From positions 17,114,001 through 17,178,000 of the forward strand of contig CM052816.1 in NCBI GenBank assembly GCA_028534125.1: a DNA stretch of 64,000 nucleotides, in the 5' to 3' direction. Position numbers and translations under genes: made by a program. The DNA comes from Lama glama. Lineage: Eukaryota. This document shows positions 34,901 to 48,200 of this stretch, piece by piece; the first letter of the stretch is position 1, and each line of letters begins with the position of its first letter. Under the pieces are notes generated by a model. That model was not told the DNA's origin. It was given only the letters and a program-made list of their open reading frames with translations, and searched no databases.

Positions 34901-37900
34901 AAATTAAAACGTGTAATTAAATAGTTGACTTATCTTGTAATTGTCATTGAAAAGGAAATAGTGTATAGTACTATAACAGTTAAGAGAATGTGTCACCATA
35001 CTTATGAATTTATTAGATTTGTAAGAATTAAACAAGCACTTTGTTTCCCTCAAAAATACCCAAAACTTATACAAAGAAAAAATTAATCAACAAAACCCAC
35101 AAGGCAATGATTAATCCTATGGGGACAGGGGAAGTTGTTCAAGAAAGGAAATGTAATCATTATTTATATTTATATATAAACATTGACTAACGATTAACAA
35201 AAATTATAGTATAACTATAGGCTAAGAGGAACAGGAAGTGTGTATGTGGAGGGAGTGGTGTAAGAGGGACACTACAGATACCTTCCATGACAGAAACGAT
35301 AGTTATGTAAAACTATAAAATCAAGTAATGGCAGTATAAGCATGTTATTTAGAAATAGGAAGTATATATAAGAAGAAACAACTAAAAGAGCTAAAAGTGG
35401 TTGCTTCTGGAGTGGGAATTATGGTTTGGAAAGGGTGGACCTTTGTTAATATTTTCATCACTTTGATAAATATCAAATTTAAAAAAAGATATTCTTTGCC
35501 TTTATGATTTTTGTAGGACCTTAAAAGCAACGATACAAGCAACTTCTGTGTTAAGGGGTGGTAGTGTCAGTGGCTCTGGGCTTCTACATTTTCAATATAA
35601 AGTGTAGACATGGGTCTACACTAGCATTAGCCTCAGCCACTTTGGAGAACAATGGCCATAACATCTTTGGCAGCATCATCAGATGCAGTGTCTGCAGAAC
35701 ACAACCGCCCCTTTTCAATACTGGCAACAATAGAAGATACCACTGAAATAAGCCAGAGTGAGAAAGTGGCAGAGTAAACTGAAGACACTCCCTAGGGATT
35801 CCAAGCAGCATTTGGGATGTGTCTGAAGGCATCTTGCCAGAGCCAGAAAAGCTGACTGAGAAATACATGCTTTGCCCTGTGTCCAATATGACTTGGTACT
35901 TCATCTCAGTCGGGAAAAAAAACACAACACTTTACATTCTTTGGTAAGCAAAAAAAGAACAGATTTACTCTTTTCTAAACACTGCATCTCTGGTCTTCCT
36001 TTGACCCTATTATGGAAACAGTCTCCTTACCTGCCAGACCTCTATTGGTATTATTTGGAAAATAAATATATTTTCACAATTCTTTGGAGATACAATGGTA
36101 AGCTGCTAGAAAAATTTAGGTGTAATTTTATACTACTTACTCAGTATCAAGTTTAAGGCCAAAATCAGTCAGATCTTCATTTTCAGAAGTGTATTTGTTG
36201 TAACATTCATTCATCAAGGACTGAACGGATGAATAGACCTTGCATGTGTTGTTACGGACTTTCAGCTGACGGACTCTGGGGACTCCTAAAAGTATGTTCT
36301 CATAGTAGATACGACTGGTGTTCTTTAAATCATACAAATTCTCATTATTGTACCAGGAGTCCCAGTATAGGCCTTCCAAAAAGGGTCCTTCCATAAACTT
36401 CATACAGAAAGATAAATGTTACGAGAAAAATATTTTCATGTCTACTGTACAACAGAATCTACATTCATAGTATTATTCATAAGAGTATAAAAATCAGTGA
36501 TTTTGAGGATGAGTATGAAAATAAATTATTAACCAAGCAACCATTAATAGTGGTAATGATGATGATGGTAATGAAGATGGGCAACATTCCTAAGTGTTTA
36601 CTATGTACTGCTCTAAGCAAGTACATAGTATTACAAGTATTACCTCATTTAGTCCTATAACCCTTCTTTTCCAAGGGGTATATTGAAAATTATTCTCCAA
36701 TACATGAGTATCAGGACTGGTCATAGCCACCAGTCCTGACTTTACCTCAAAGTGTCTGTCTCCTGCCTCCCCCTCGCCCCCAGCTCTGGCACTGCTGACT
36801 GCTTCTCCTGGCTCTGCCTTTATCTGCTGCTTCTAAGAAATTCCAAGCCTAGGTTCACTTTTTTTTCTTTCCTGCCTTTGTCTTGTCATTGGACATATAC
36901 TTACCTCAAGACGGCACGAAATAGGTGAGCTCCACATCTTGTCTCACGGGAAATTTCCTATCATTCTTTCATATTTCACCTGGCCTGAACCAATAATAAC
37001 CTCTAATCATTTGCCTCATCTCACACTTCTTTCACTCTCAGGAAATGACATTATCCCCTTAGTAAGTTTCAAGTTCCCAGCATGGCATTCATAATTAGAC
37101 CTCTGTCCAATTCATGGTTTGGCCTTTTCCACCTCATCGTCTATATGCCTTTAATGCCATATATAGCTCCATATGATGAGTTACTTATATTACACACTGT
37201 TTATTCTTCCTAGAGTGACCTGTTATTCATCCTTTATAACTTCAACTGAATTGTGATCGCCTCTGGAAAACCTTCCTTACCTCTTCCTCGTATGTCCCTA
37301 TGTTTGTGACTGGGATCCCTGAAACGTCAGTTACCTTAACTGTGCTCTCCTCATAATGTGAAGATCTTGCTAAATTAAGTGTAATAGAAAAAATAAGTCT
37401 GTTCCAATGCTAAAGGAATGATTCTCTTATGCAATTAAAAACACTATAAAATTATATTTTGTATATGTACTCTTTATTATATACTGTACATTACTGTAAC
37501 ACACACACACACACACACAGAGTACAGGGCCATATACCAAAACCACATATTTCAGTTTATGAGCAATTCAATGAATTTTTAAGAGTAATTTTCACTATAT
37601 ACAATTTTAGACAGACTTTGGATCCTAACCCCCACATAAGTCTCTTATTTCTCAAATCCAACGATGTTAAAAAAAAAAAAGGTAAGTATCACTTTTTTAA
37701 GGTTATAAGAACTTTACCACACTGAGAATACCGGTTCTCAATAAACACTGGTTGGTTGATTCTAACAGTTTAAAAAAATGACATTTATTTTTACTCATTC
37801 CTTCAATAAATATGAATCATATGCCCACACTATATGCCAAGGACTTGTTCATACAATACCTAAAACTACTTCAACAATAGTCACATGACACCTTACCTTC

Positions 37901-40422
37901 CAAAAGTCAGTTATGCTGTGAATAGACTTAAAGTTGGTTCTTTCTTCACCAGGCACAGAAGTGTCCAAAAATAGAGATGACATAACTTTGTTTAAGTAAT
38001 ACATATGTGGGTTTACCATCCCAAAAGCCACTAAAGAAAAGAATTTTTTGTTTAAAACCTCAGTTTATCAGGATTAAAAATGTACTTCTAATTTGTTCCC
38101 CATTTTGTTCTGAAAATTCAACTTTATTTTTCTAATTATAAAAGTAGTAATAAAAAACTAAAATAGAAATACACAAAACAGGAAGAAGTTTCCTGTAATC
38201 CCACTGTTAAGAGTTAGGTTTGGCATATATTCTTCAGAGTTTTCTAAATGCATACACATTTATAAAGAAAATAACTTTATTTTTACAAAAATGAGGTCAC
38301 TTTATACATATGACTCTGCAAACTGGCTTTTCTCCAATATTGAGAGTAGGTAATTTAATGAGTAGTTAAGGTTATGAACTTTAAATTCAAACAAATAATG
38401 GTTTGAGTCCCATCATAGGGATATCTCCTACCTCACAGTTTTGTTATGAGGAGTGAGTGAGATAATTCATGTGGAACATTTAAAACTTATGGTTTAGCAC
38501 ATGATAAATTAAAAAGAATATTAATATTCTTTCTTACTCTCTCTGGGTATGGGTGGATGGGTTTTAGAGCAGGGTGTAGATTAAATGTGTATTTTTCTTT
38601 GGCTAGAAGCCCTTTATTTTTATAAATAATACATCTTCACTATCACTCCATGACACATGAGCCTATGCCACTTGTTAATATTGAATATTATTTTACTGTA
38701 TGTACCAAAATATTAAACAAACCCTCGGATATTTAAGTTTTCAATTCTTCCAAATTATATAAAGGTGTTTTTAAAAAAAAGTCCGTGAATAATGAGATTA
38801 TGAATGATTTTAAAATATTTTTTCATTCCCCTATGTTCTGTAATAAGCATTTAAAAACCAACCTAAGATATCTTAATTAATAAGATTGTCTGTAGCTGTC
38901 TTTTTAATCAAGATCTGACTCAAGCTCATCCCTGTAATACTAATTAGTTAACAGATACGTAACTGCCACTATGTTTGCTGTACCAACGGAAGTCTGGCCA
39001 CCGAGCTTACATCTAATGTATGTTGGGTGCAGTAAAGACAAAATGCTCTTTAGTAACCGATTAAGTCAATGCCCACAGATAGGAGGAATGCAAGCTGAGA
39101 TATTTTCTGGTCTTCCCTAAAGATCTGCATTGATTCATACCTTCTGTTACTCAGTACTAACATATTTTACTATTAACTCTGCAACAGGCCAGGGAAAAGA
39201 ATAAAGCAGACACCAAGATTAACTTCTTTAGCCTCATTTGTAGTTTGACCTATGAAACTAAAGTTAAGCTAATGTACCTGTATGGCTGTAAAAGAAATCA
39301 AGAATTGGCAACTCAAGGGAATAATTATATTCAAGACAGAACTGCCAATGTTGACAATGAAAGCTTTTTATTACATCTGTGACCTAAAGTTTTGCCCCTT
39401 AAGAAATGGAAATAGTGTTAGTCTAAATGAATTTAAGATAATGTCTAAAATGTGTCACTTTTTGAGAGGTTTCAGAAGTCTGAAAGCCTATGGTTTTATA
39501 AAGTCTCTCTGTTTTACTTTTCATCTCCACTTAACTTCTTAGTTGAAACAGCGTCTTCATCTACATGTGTACTTACATATACATAAGTTTATTAAGAAAA
39601 TAAAGTAGAGTAACAACTCCTGAAGTGTAGTACTAACTTCTTCCTTTCTGTAATGCAGCTGTTTCGGAGTTCCTATGAGATATAAAACAAAATTTTTCCT
39701 TACTTTATTCTTAATTCATAATGTATATAAATAACGATGGAGAAACACCGGCGCTTTTTAGCTGTTTACACTGTGTGAAGGAAAGTTCCAATGGCTTCTG
39801 GTTACTGTTTAACTCTCAGTTTTATGGGGGAGGAATAATTACTAACATATCCCATGGTGACAGTTGGCAATCATTTTATGGCTGTATACTAATGAATTTT
39901 AGAACACGGTTATTTCCTCACCAGTCTTGCTTTAAATTTAAAGAGAAAAATACAAAGCAAACAACCCCCCCACCCCCCGTCTCCATCTATGCCTAAACGT
40001 TTTCTCCTTGCGGCAACACTGCTTCTCGGGATGGCTGGCTCCTGCGGGATGGGGGAAAAAGAAGTCGGCCTGGGGTTCTGCCAAGGCCATGACTCCCTAC
40101 ATCAACAAAGGCCTTCCAAGGCCAGCCTAGCGAAAGTCATTGTACAGCAAGTGACAGCACCCAGCTCCAGCTTCGGGCAAGGGGCGAGATGTCCCCTCAG
40201 GGCTTCAGTTTTCCTGTCTGTGAAATGGGACCACCTTCCCTCGCCGCTTCTCAAGGGGAAGCTGTCAGAGGTAACTGTACTGGAAGTCATCTCTCTCATA
40301 TGGATACAAATGGGACTACAGAACTCCCTGCAAGGTATTTGGTATTGTCAGACCGGCCAAGCCCCGCCCACTCCCTAGGGACACCCCTCACCGCCTCTGT
40401 GCCACCTGGACGCCTCAGCCAT
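10926..40422 (-). CDS. PKD2L2: Polycystin-2-like 2 (TRPP channel), complete, 14 coding exons, 624 aa
   Basis: Exons in transcript order: 40422-40392 ([10 protein letters not shown]), 39672-39577, 38030-37897, 36397-36141, 33833-33612, 30922-30694, 29273-29103, 28814-28633, 23611-23491, 22443-22342, 20649-20585, 19999-19945, 11564-11452, 11022-10926 (TGA). They sum to 1875 nt, all GT-AG with matching phases. TRPP motifs present: [53 protein letters not shown]. Confidence 0.96.
13690..18300 (-). mobile_element. Old degraded L1 (L1M) with nested insertions
   Basis: T-rich antisense L1 ORF2 phrases across the interval. The sequence resumes seamlessly after the nested element at 16298. Confidence 0.7.
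14518..16287 (-). mobile_element. Younger 5'-truncated L1 (about 1.8 kb) nested in the older L1
   Basis: Well-preserved 3' UTR and ORF2 end (ttccatagtggctgcaccaatttaca, ttgcatttccctgatgattagtgatgttgag). TSD AGTGATTTTT at 14508-14517 / 16288-16297. Confidence 0.85.
18300..19420 (-). mobile_element. L1MC-like 3' UTR fragment
   Basis: Phrases ccctgaatacttcagtgtatatttcct...aaggacatt, ccagacttggccagtgggagcccc and ggtatttggaaaccaagatct. Confidence 0.65.
21190..21810 (-). mobile_element. L2 LINE fragment
   Basis: Purine-rich antisense L2 phrases (tttaacagggaagtgatgtgatc, gtgttgccattaacaga). Confidence 0.5.
21905..22090 (-). mobile_element. Lineage-type L1 3' terminal fragment
   Basis: ttttttattgaagtata...tttacagtgtgtcaatttctggtg...gaatatagttccctgtgctataca. 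Shorter related tails occur at about 30511-30570 and 43078-43118. Confidence 0.7.
25570..27060 (+). mobile_element. L1 fragments (5'/ORF1 remnant followed by an ORF2 end and 3' UTR)
   Basis: ORF1-like [15 protein letters not shown] and gcagatttgaacaggcagaagaa, then gaaatgcaaatcaaaaccacaatg, atatgatccagcaattccac and an A-rich end. Confidence 0.8.
28028..28150 (+). mobile_element. tRNA-derived SINE with internal deletion
   Basis: GGGGGAGGGTAATGGCTCAGTGG...GGTCCTGCATTCAATCCCC with the AAACCTAATTA-CCCC tail shared with the 549 copy, flanked by CCTGAA repeats. Confidence 0.85.
32395..33120. mobile_element. MaLR (MLT1-like) LTR fragments
   Basis: Phrases ctgacattccactgaccaaagaaagtcacatgg and ttggggccatttttgcaa. 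Subfamily not determined. Confidence 0.5.
32783..32915 (-). mobile_element. tRNA-derived SINE inserted in a MaLR-like LTR
   Basis: Reverse copy with TSD AAGAGA(A/G)CAAGTTTT. Confidence 0.85.
37500..37519. repeat. (CA)n microsatellite
   Basis: About 10 CA units read directly. Confidence 0.8.
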
Positions 40423-40660
40423 GGCGGACTCGGACCACAACGCCAGTTCCACCGCCTCGGGCCGGCAGCGGCTGCGCGATAGTCTCGCGGAGCGCGCCGT
40501 AGCTCATGCGCCTGCGCGAGACCTCCAGCTTCACGAGGGGCGCGCGCGGCTCTAGAAGATACCAGCGCGCGTGCGCACCGAGGGCGCGCTGGAGGGGGCA
40601 CCGCCTGAGGGCTGACGAGGAGTTGCGGCGCTTGTCTCCTGCGGAGGACCGACTAGGGCA
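40340..40660 (-). promoter_or_regulatory. CpG island / PKD2L2 promoter and exon 1
   Basis: The only CpG-dense, GC-rich stretch in the window, and it spans the PKD2L2 ATG (GCCATGG Kozak context). NRF1-like elements (TGCGCCTGCGC at about 40507, GCGCGTGCGCA at about 40568) lie just upstream. Confidence 0.8.
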
Positions 40661-41803
40661 AACCTGTTTTGAGTCTGGGGTTAGTCATAAAAATCGTCGA
40701 AATTAATTATAATGGGCCACTCTTTCTTGACTAGTCTTAACATTGATTGGCTTTTTTAGTCTTCATACCGCCCCTTTCTGAAGGTAGGTGTTTTGTCATC
40801 TTAGGTCTGAAGAAACACGCGCTGAGAGGGTAAATGAGTGAAGTCCATGGCCCGTGGGGCAGGGTCTGCTGGAAGGGTGGGGACTCACATCTGGCCCAGA
40901 AGCTTTGCAAAGATGAGAAGGTTTGTAAACCAGCTATAGGAAAGGCCAGACAAATTAGGCTATAAATTAAGGCATCCACAAGCTCTCCAGGTTGTGGGAC
41001 AGGAGGGAGTCTCAAGTTAGTAAAAAGAAAAATAAAAAGGAATTCAGTGGAAGGCCCCAGGGCAGCCAGCAAAGAACCTCAAGCTGTTTTGGAAATAAAA
41101 GAAATGAAGTCACTTTTTTTATTTCTCTGAAAGAAATGTAGAGTGATGTTGATAAATGCTGTTTTATGTCATAAAAAGCAAAACTAGGTCACATGGCAGC
41201 GAGAGTCAAAGACTACCAATGATAAAAGGAACAGGAGAGGTCTAGCAGAAGAGAGACGTGAGAAAAAGAAAGGGCTACTGGCCTAGCTTCAGAATAGTTT
41301 AATACAAAGATTTGCCCTTTCCTGTATTTGGACTCTCAGAGGCCAGCAAAATTATGCTTTCTAAAGTAATAGGTTATCTGAACTAGAAATGTAGGAGGAA
41401 AAAAACCCCAAAATATAGGTATTCAAATTTACATTAAATATAAGAATTAAGCAGATGACCGCAGACTATTCTTAATCCGTTGAACTCAGTAGACTCAAAG
41501 ATCTTGAAGAATTAGAAGCCTATTTGGTTAAAACGAAATCACAATTTCAGGAGAGATTCCATCATTGTGGTTGTCTTTGAAGTGCAAACCGTGGAAAGTC
41601 TAGTACAGTTTCAGGAGGAATTAATTGAGCTGTAAGTGAACTTTACCAAGACAAGCTGTTCTACAGTATAATATTGTTGTTCTTTTGAAGCTCGTTATGC
41701 ATAGGTTTTGTGGAGTGTCATTTAATATATACAAACCAGAAGTTTTATCTTAAAGATCTAGACTTTCGTGAAGAGAAGACAGTCTGTTTCAAATGTTTGA
41801 AAT

Positions 41804-41809
41804 TTTATT
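41804..41809 (-). terminator. MYOT polyadenylation signal
   Basis: TTTATT on + (AATAAA on -), about 430 nt downstream of the MYOT stop codon. Confidence 0.6.
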
Positions 41810-42235
41810 CTCTTTTGACATAAAACTAAGGAACACTCAGATAATCTATACCATGTTAGTATTCCTATCAGAGAAAACAGGTAAAACAGTGTTTAGAAAG
41901 CAGTACCAGTAAATCTCATTAAGCATTAGATGTATTTTAAAAGTTGATGTTAATTTATAACCTGTAATTGTTAAATGTGTATGACTTCAATGTTAAAATC
42001 CCACATTTTAAGATAGTCTTCTACAGTTACAAACCCAGATTTTCTGTAGACTTTGAAAACCAGAGAAGTAAATAGAATGTGCAAGAGTCAAAGGGTAAAT
42101 ATTATATATATATATTAGTTATATTACCTAATTAAAGCCATAGTCTGTTAATACAGCTATGGATTTATTTCAGAAATTTAATTGAATAGATTACTAATAG
42201 TGTAGTTGTTGTGTTTTACAATGTTGGTGAAGTTA

Positions 42236-45200
42236 TTAAAGTTCTTCACTTTCATAGAGTCCAGATTGAGCTGCCAGACGCTGAAACTCTCCCTCAGGGT
42301 TAAATGCTTGTTTCACATTCAGACCTCTCCCATTAAGTGCTAAATATTTGCTGAAAGTTGGTCGGACACGTAACTGCTTAGGAGCTGGAAGAGTTTGGTT
42401 TGGACGGGCTGAAATAGATCAAATAAAAATTAATTTAGAAAATCTGTTCTAAACAAATGAGTTGCACTAGGTAGTGGTTATCAGATAGGAGAAGGAAGAA
42501 AAACTGATTATGTATGCGGAGAATCCCTCAGATTTTATACTATGCTGAGATTTGTGTTTCTTATTAAGTTCTGGTTAAGTTCTCTGTACACTTGATATAA
42601 CACTTTTAACAGTGTGACATACCTGTAACATCTAATCTCGTGTTACATGTGGTCACTCCAGCTTCATTAACTGCAGACACAGTATACCACCCAGCATCTT
42701 TCTTGTTTACATCTTTTATCAGTAAAGTAACTCTTCCAGAGTTATCATGATATAAACTGAAAAAAAGCAAAAAGTCAAAGTATAGGAATTACCTGTGAGA
42801 ATTTATTTATGATGCCTCTGACCTTCAGAGTCAGACTAATAAGAGGAAAAAAAAAGCATTTGGAATTTCTGAAGCTGTATCTGTTAAGTGACAAATAGCT
42901 CTTGATTTTCTTGAATTAAAAATCCACCCCCAGTCTTACTTATATCATCTGTTTCCTTGAGCCATCTTCTTTTATTGTTAGTAAAAAGTTAAATCCTAGC
43001 CTACTTGGGCCCTTAAATTTCTGATTAGTGGGATCTGGCTTAATGAGGTTTGTTATATTTCTATATATATGAATTTAAAGTGAAATATAGTTGATTTACA
43101 ATATTGTGTTAGTTTCATCTACATGTTTTTAAAATTAGACAAATTGAGGTCACAAATGCATGCCCTTTTTAATATATTTCAAAGTATAACTGGATTCACC
43201 CAAGTAAATTATAGTTAAGTCTAGAAATACTTATCCTACCTTATTCGATCAGTGTTGAAGTGTACCATTTCATTATTTCTTTTCCAGAAAAGCTTTGGTG
43301 GAGGTATAGCAGAGATTTGGCATTCTAGCTTCACTGAGTCTCCCTCAAAAACTTTTTTACTCTGTGGTTTGTAGATGAACATTGGTGCTCTCCTGTGTTC
43401 TTTTGCTACATATTAATAAAAAATTCACATATTTGAAATACAAAAATATTAAGTCAAACCAAGGTATTATGAAATTTGTATGTTGAGATAAAAGTTTTAA
43501 AAAGTAGTAACAAATAGTATTGGAAGCTTTATATTTCAGCTTTACTTAAAATAACATATAATACTCTTGTGTATTGTATACTTTCTAGAGTTCTAAAACA
43601 GTAATGTAATGATACACTGAATTTATAACCATGTTTCATTCAAAGAATTTAAATCATATTCTCATTATCTCAGCTATAGGGAGGGAGCATGAGTGGTGGA
43701 AAGAGTACCAACAGTTTGGGTTCAAATTCTCTGTTTACCCTACCAGCTGTGACAAATAGGGAAAAATTTTGTTTAGTTTTTCTGAGGCTCAAGTTTTATC
43801 TCTTGTAAAATGATACCCAAGTAATGGTGACTGCTGTGCTCACCACAGCACAAAATTATTGTGAGGATCAGTTGTGATAATGAATGAAGAAGCACTTTGT
43901 AAACTATAAAATAATATACAAATGTCAGTAATTATTGTGTCTTTTCTTCAAATAGCTGAGCAAAAAGAAGAACTGATACTATAATACTATAACCTTAGCT
44001 TTTCTAAGGAGATTATAAGGAAATTGGATGGATGCCTGCAAAGGTCAATTTCAGCTCTAACATTATAGTATTTCTGAAGCTATTGGCACGAAAAGGATTT
44101 GCCCTAAACTTAATCACTTGAATTGTGTGTGTGTTTTTTAAAATTCCCAGATCACTAGTTTTTCCCTTAAACTGAGATCCCTTATTATACCATAGAATAA
44201 TCTTAATGATTTTTCATTGATCTGGGTAGAATACAAACTTAGGATTGTCCATCCTTTAACAGTGAATTATGGCAAAATATCTCTTATGTAATATCATGGT
44301 TTAAGTCACTACAAATGTGATATATTTAAAGCACTTAAATTGTAATATTTTAATACAGGACATCAGTTTTATGAGAACTGCCTTAGTAAAGACAAACTTG
44401 AGACATGAGTTTTGCCATACTTGTTTTCTAAAGCGAGTAGGCACGTTTTGTTGTCGTGATTATAGATTAGTTTCCTACTAAAGAGAACATAGCCTAAGGC
44501 TAAAATTTGGCATTTATTCTTCAGTTTTGAACTATGCATGATTATAACAATTCTGTAAAAATGTGAGTCACATTGATTATTTTAGGGTATAGACCAGAGA
44601 AATGTTTAGACTAACATTTTTCATTTTAGGGCCCTTTAATCACATCTACAAATATCATATATGTAGAAATATATCTAGAATATACTACCTTCTTTGGTCA
44701 GTCTGAAATTGTACCTTTATTTTTCTTCCAGAAAAGCTTTGGTGGTAGATCTGTTATTCTGGTTTCACTGAGTTTCCCTCAAGAACACCGACCCCTACAC
44801 ACCATGGCTTTTACTTAAAATTGGTGTTCTAATGGGTTGTATAGTATAGACATTCACCTTAAATATAAAATCCTTTGGACTTTTCTTTTTTAACACTTTT
44901 TTTTTAATTCTACAGGATTTTAAGGTGCTCTCTCATATCTCTTTGAAAGCTTACCCAGGACGTCCAGCTGCACAGTAAAGGTGGCTTCTCCTGCTCTATT
45001 CTTGGCAACACATGCATAAGCCCCTGCATCTGAAGTTCTGACCACTTCAAAGATGAGTGAATGAAAACCCTTCTCAGACACTATCATTTTGTGAAAATCA
45101 TCTGATTGAACTGGTCTTCCATTGAGATACCATGACACATCAGGAGCTGGGAGTCCACTCACCTAAAAATGAAAACCCAAGGAGATGATAGAATTTTAAA

Positions 45201-48200
45201 TTACAGATTACTGGAACCCATTTGTCCATTTATGAATTTTAACAATTCAGTATCTGAGTGAAAATGCAAAGCAAGAACTTAAAAGGTATTTTCTTTCAAT
45301 AATTTTTAACAAAATAGTAGAAATTAAAACTTAGAATTAATATAATATTTTCAGACTACCTCAAACCATGTCTACCTCTTTGGTATACAACCTCAGATCT
45401 CTTAATTACCATATTAAAGACATTAATTAATGTTATATTGGGCTCCACAAGGAATATGGAAGTCATATGGCTTTTCTGGCTAATGATAACTGCAAATGAA
45501 GTCCCAGAGGCACATGTATATGAGGCTTGCTGATTTAAAGAATAACCTTTCCAAAACAGAGTGTTCTTGAGCTGTAGTTTTGGTGTATAAATGGTAGTTC
45601 AAGTGTTTTTGTATATGTCTTAACAATGAAATCCGTACACTGACTTTCATTCATAAGGAATCTGGAAAAACATTTTATAAGAAAAATTTCTCCAAAATGA
45701 GGATAATAAAAATGTAGGTGTTTATAAAAAGTTATTTTAGCCTGAAGAATTCTTCTAGGCCGAGAGGAGGGTCACTTAAATTTCTTAAAGGATAAGGATT
45801 AAAGAAACATTCTACCTTATAAATCCTGATATGATAGCTTTACTTATATAGAGTATTTATTAGGTGGTAGGCACTGTTGTGAGTACTGTGTACCTGCTAA
45901 CTCAGTTAATCCTCACACAGCTTTATGAAGTAGGTCCATTTGTCATTCCCATTTTACAGGTGAGACAGAAGCATAGAGATGTTAAATGACTTGTCTAAGG
46001 TTACAAAGCTGGAAAGGGGCAAAGCCAGGATTCTAACCCAGATAAACTTAGCTCCAGAGTTTTCTGTTCTTATCCATAATGTTTGTCAAGCTGTGTAGCA
46101 AGCTATAAAGAGGAGGAGGAGTTTTTTTTCAAAACTTAGTATCTCGCTGTTAATTTTTCTCCAGTATTTTTGAACTTTTTTCTTACTTTGAAGTCCATTC
46201 TGCAGAATCTTCCTTCTTCAATTGACATGTTCTCTGGCACTTGGATGAAACGAGGCGGGTAAAATTTCTCCTGGATTGCATCTTGATCGTTCACGTCTCC
46301 CCTTGAAGATGATCTACTTCTACAAAAATATTTTAATAGTGACTATGCAGGAGAGTTGTCATTGCTCTTCCTTTCACACAAATACAGTTTAGCCATCAAA
46401 CTTGAAACCTCAGCATCTATACTATTTGATCTGATAGTGTCATAACAATGGCATGAGGCTGCAGAGCTATATTTAGCTGTGGCATATTTGAGGATTATTA
46501 GAAATAGTAGCAATTTAGAAACATCTGGTACAAATTATACATCCTTGTTTCTTTTGTACAGTGCCATGAATTGATAAAGAAACTGATCTCTTAAAATGCA
46601 GAGTAGTACCCCGTGGACAGTTCTTGTCACATGCAAAGATTGTATAATTAGAATTGAGTTTCCACTGTCATGAGAAAGTTGTTCAACATGGAAACATGGT
46701 CCTGGCTTATTTGACCAAAACATTTAAAAAAATTTTCTCTGAGATAGTTCTGATAATTAACAGATAAATATTTTGATCATCAACTTGGACATTAGAAAAT
46801 TTACATTGTTTTTTATAAAAGGTATGTAGGAAGGTTGACGGTTCTATAAATACAATGTTTTTTAAGCTGAAAACATTTTAGGTAGCGAAATATATATTTC
46901 TTTAAAATTAAAAAAAGAATTTTACCTTACTTGTGATGTAGGAACTTGGAGTCGAGCATGTTCTGAATGATGCTGCTTGAAATTAAAACAAAGTGATAAA
47001 ATAAACATGCTGTTGTTAGCTTGAAATGGAGCAGAATTAAGTAGTTGTAGTTGAAAGGAACGTTTTCTCTGTTGGCTGTATTTGTACTGTCATGGTTAGT
47101 TCTGCTTAGTTAGCTGTTAAGCATTTAAAATATAGTGCTCTAACCTTCTAGTACTCTAGCAAGAAATCACCAGAATTGAGACTTTTCAGCAGATATGATT
47201 TATGAAAAGTAGCTTGACTTTGAATTGACAGTGCCTCATTTTTTAGATGACTATTTTATGACAAAAGATGGTGAGTCCCTTGGTGTATTTGAAATGGGAG
47301 CACATAGTACAGATTGTCCTTTGGTAAAACAGGAATAGTCATGAAGTCACTTGTGTTGGCAGTAGATACAGGGTATTATGCCTACTGCTCAAAAGTGGCA
47401 CCAACAGCAGTAAACACATATTAGACTGGAAAATACTTTTCATTTTAGCTCATGGCAGTAAATCCAGTGGACACTGTGGAAGCTATGTGTAGAGCTATGA
47501 AAAGCCTTTGAAAAACTATTAATTACTTCCTGCTTAATAAGTGTATATTTAATTTAAGCAACTGTCTTTTAGGATTTATATCTGAGCACCAGAAAATTAT
47601 TTCTATTTGAGAATAAAATCAGGAATTGATGAATATTATTATAGAATTAATTATTTAGTTCCTATTTTGCATATTTCATTGTGCTTGGCATAGTGAGAGA
47701 TAGAAGTGGAAAATATAGTCCCTACCCAGATGTCTGAAAAATGGCTGTATAGCAACACAGCATATCAGTACAAATAATTTATTTTGGGATTAATATGTTT
47801 AATGTATTTTGTAATTTTAAAACAAAATTCTTACAACTATAACAATTTTTGGCTAGCCTTAAGTTTCTTTAAGCAAAATGTCAAAACAATTCAGTGATCA
47901 AACAAATCAGTGAGTTTTTTGGTAAAGAATAAGAATAATCCACTTAAACTCAAAATATCTATATTAAGTTTTTGATTTTTGTCCTATAGTAATTTGAGTA
48001 TGTATGTATTCATATTCATAGATGTGATATGTCAGTTACATGTAGTTTGATGACATTTTGTATTTAAGTAGAATGTTTGAAGTGTACCCAAAAAATGTAA
48101 GACTTTTCTGATTTCATAATATGTTTTGCTACTCTACCTTTTCTTGGTATCGTCACCTTTGTTTTAAAGTTCTTAAAGAGTAAATGAGAAAAACAATACG

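Noticed and set aside
35550..35925. Coding-like balanced-composition segment with a 113-aa ORF
   Set aside because: No recognisable homology or in-phase splice sites. It could be a decayed retrocopy but I cannot support that without BLASTX.
39989..40706. Several overlapping ORFs at the CpG island
   Set aside because: Expected from high GC content and a MIR fragment. Only the 31-nt PKD2L2 first coding exon is supported.
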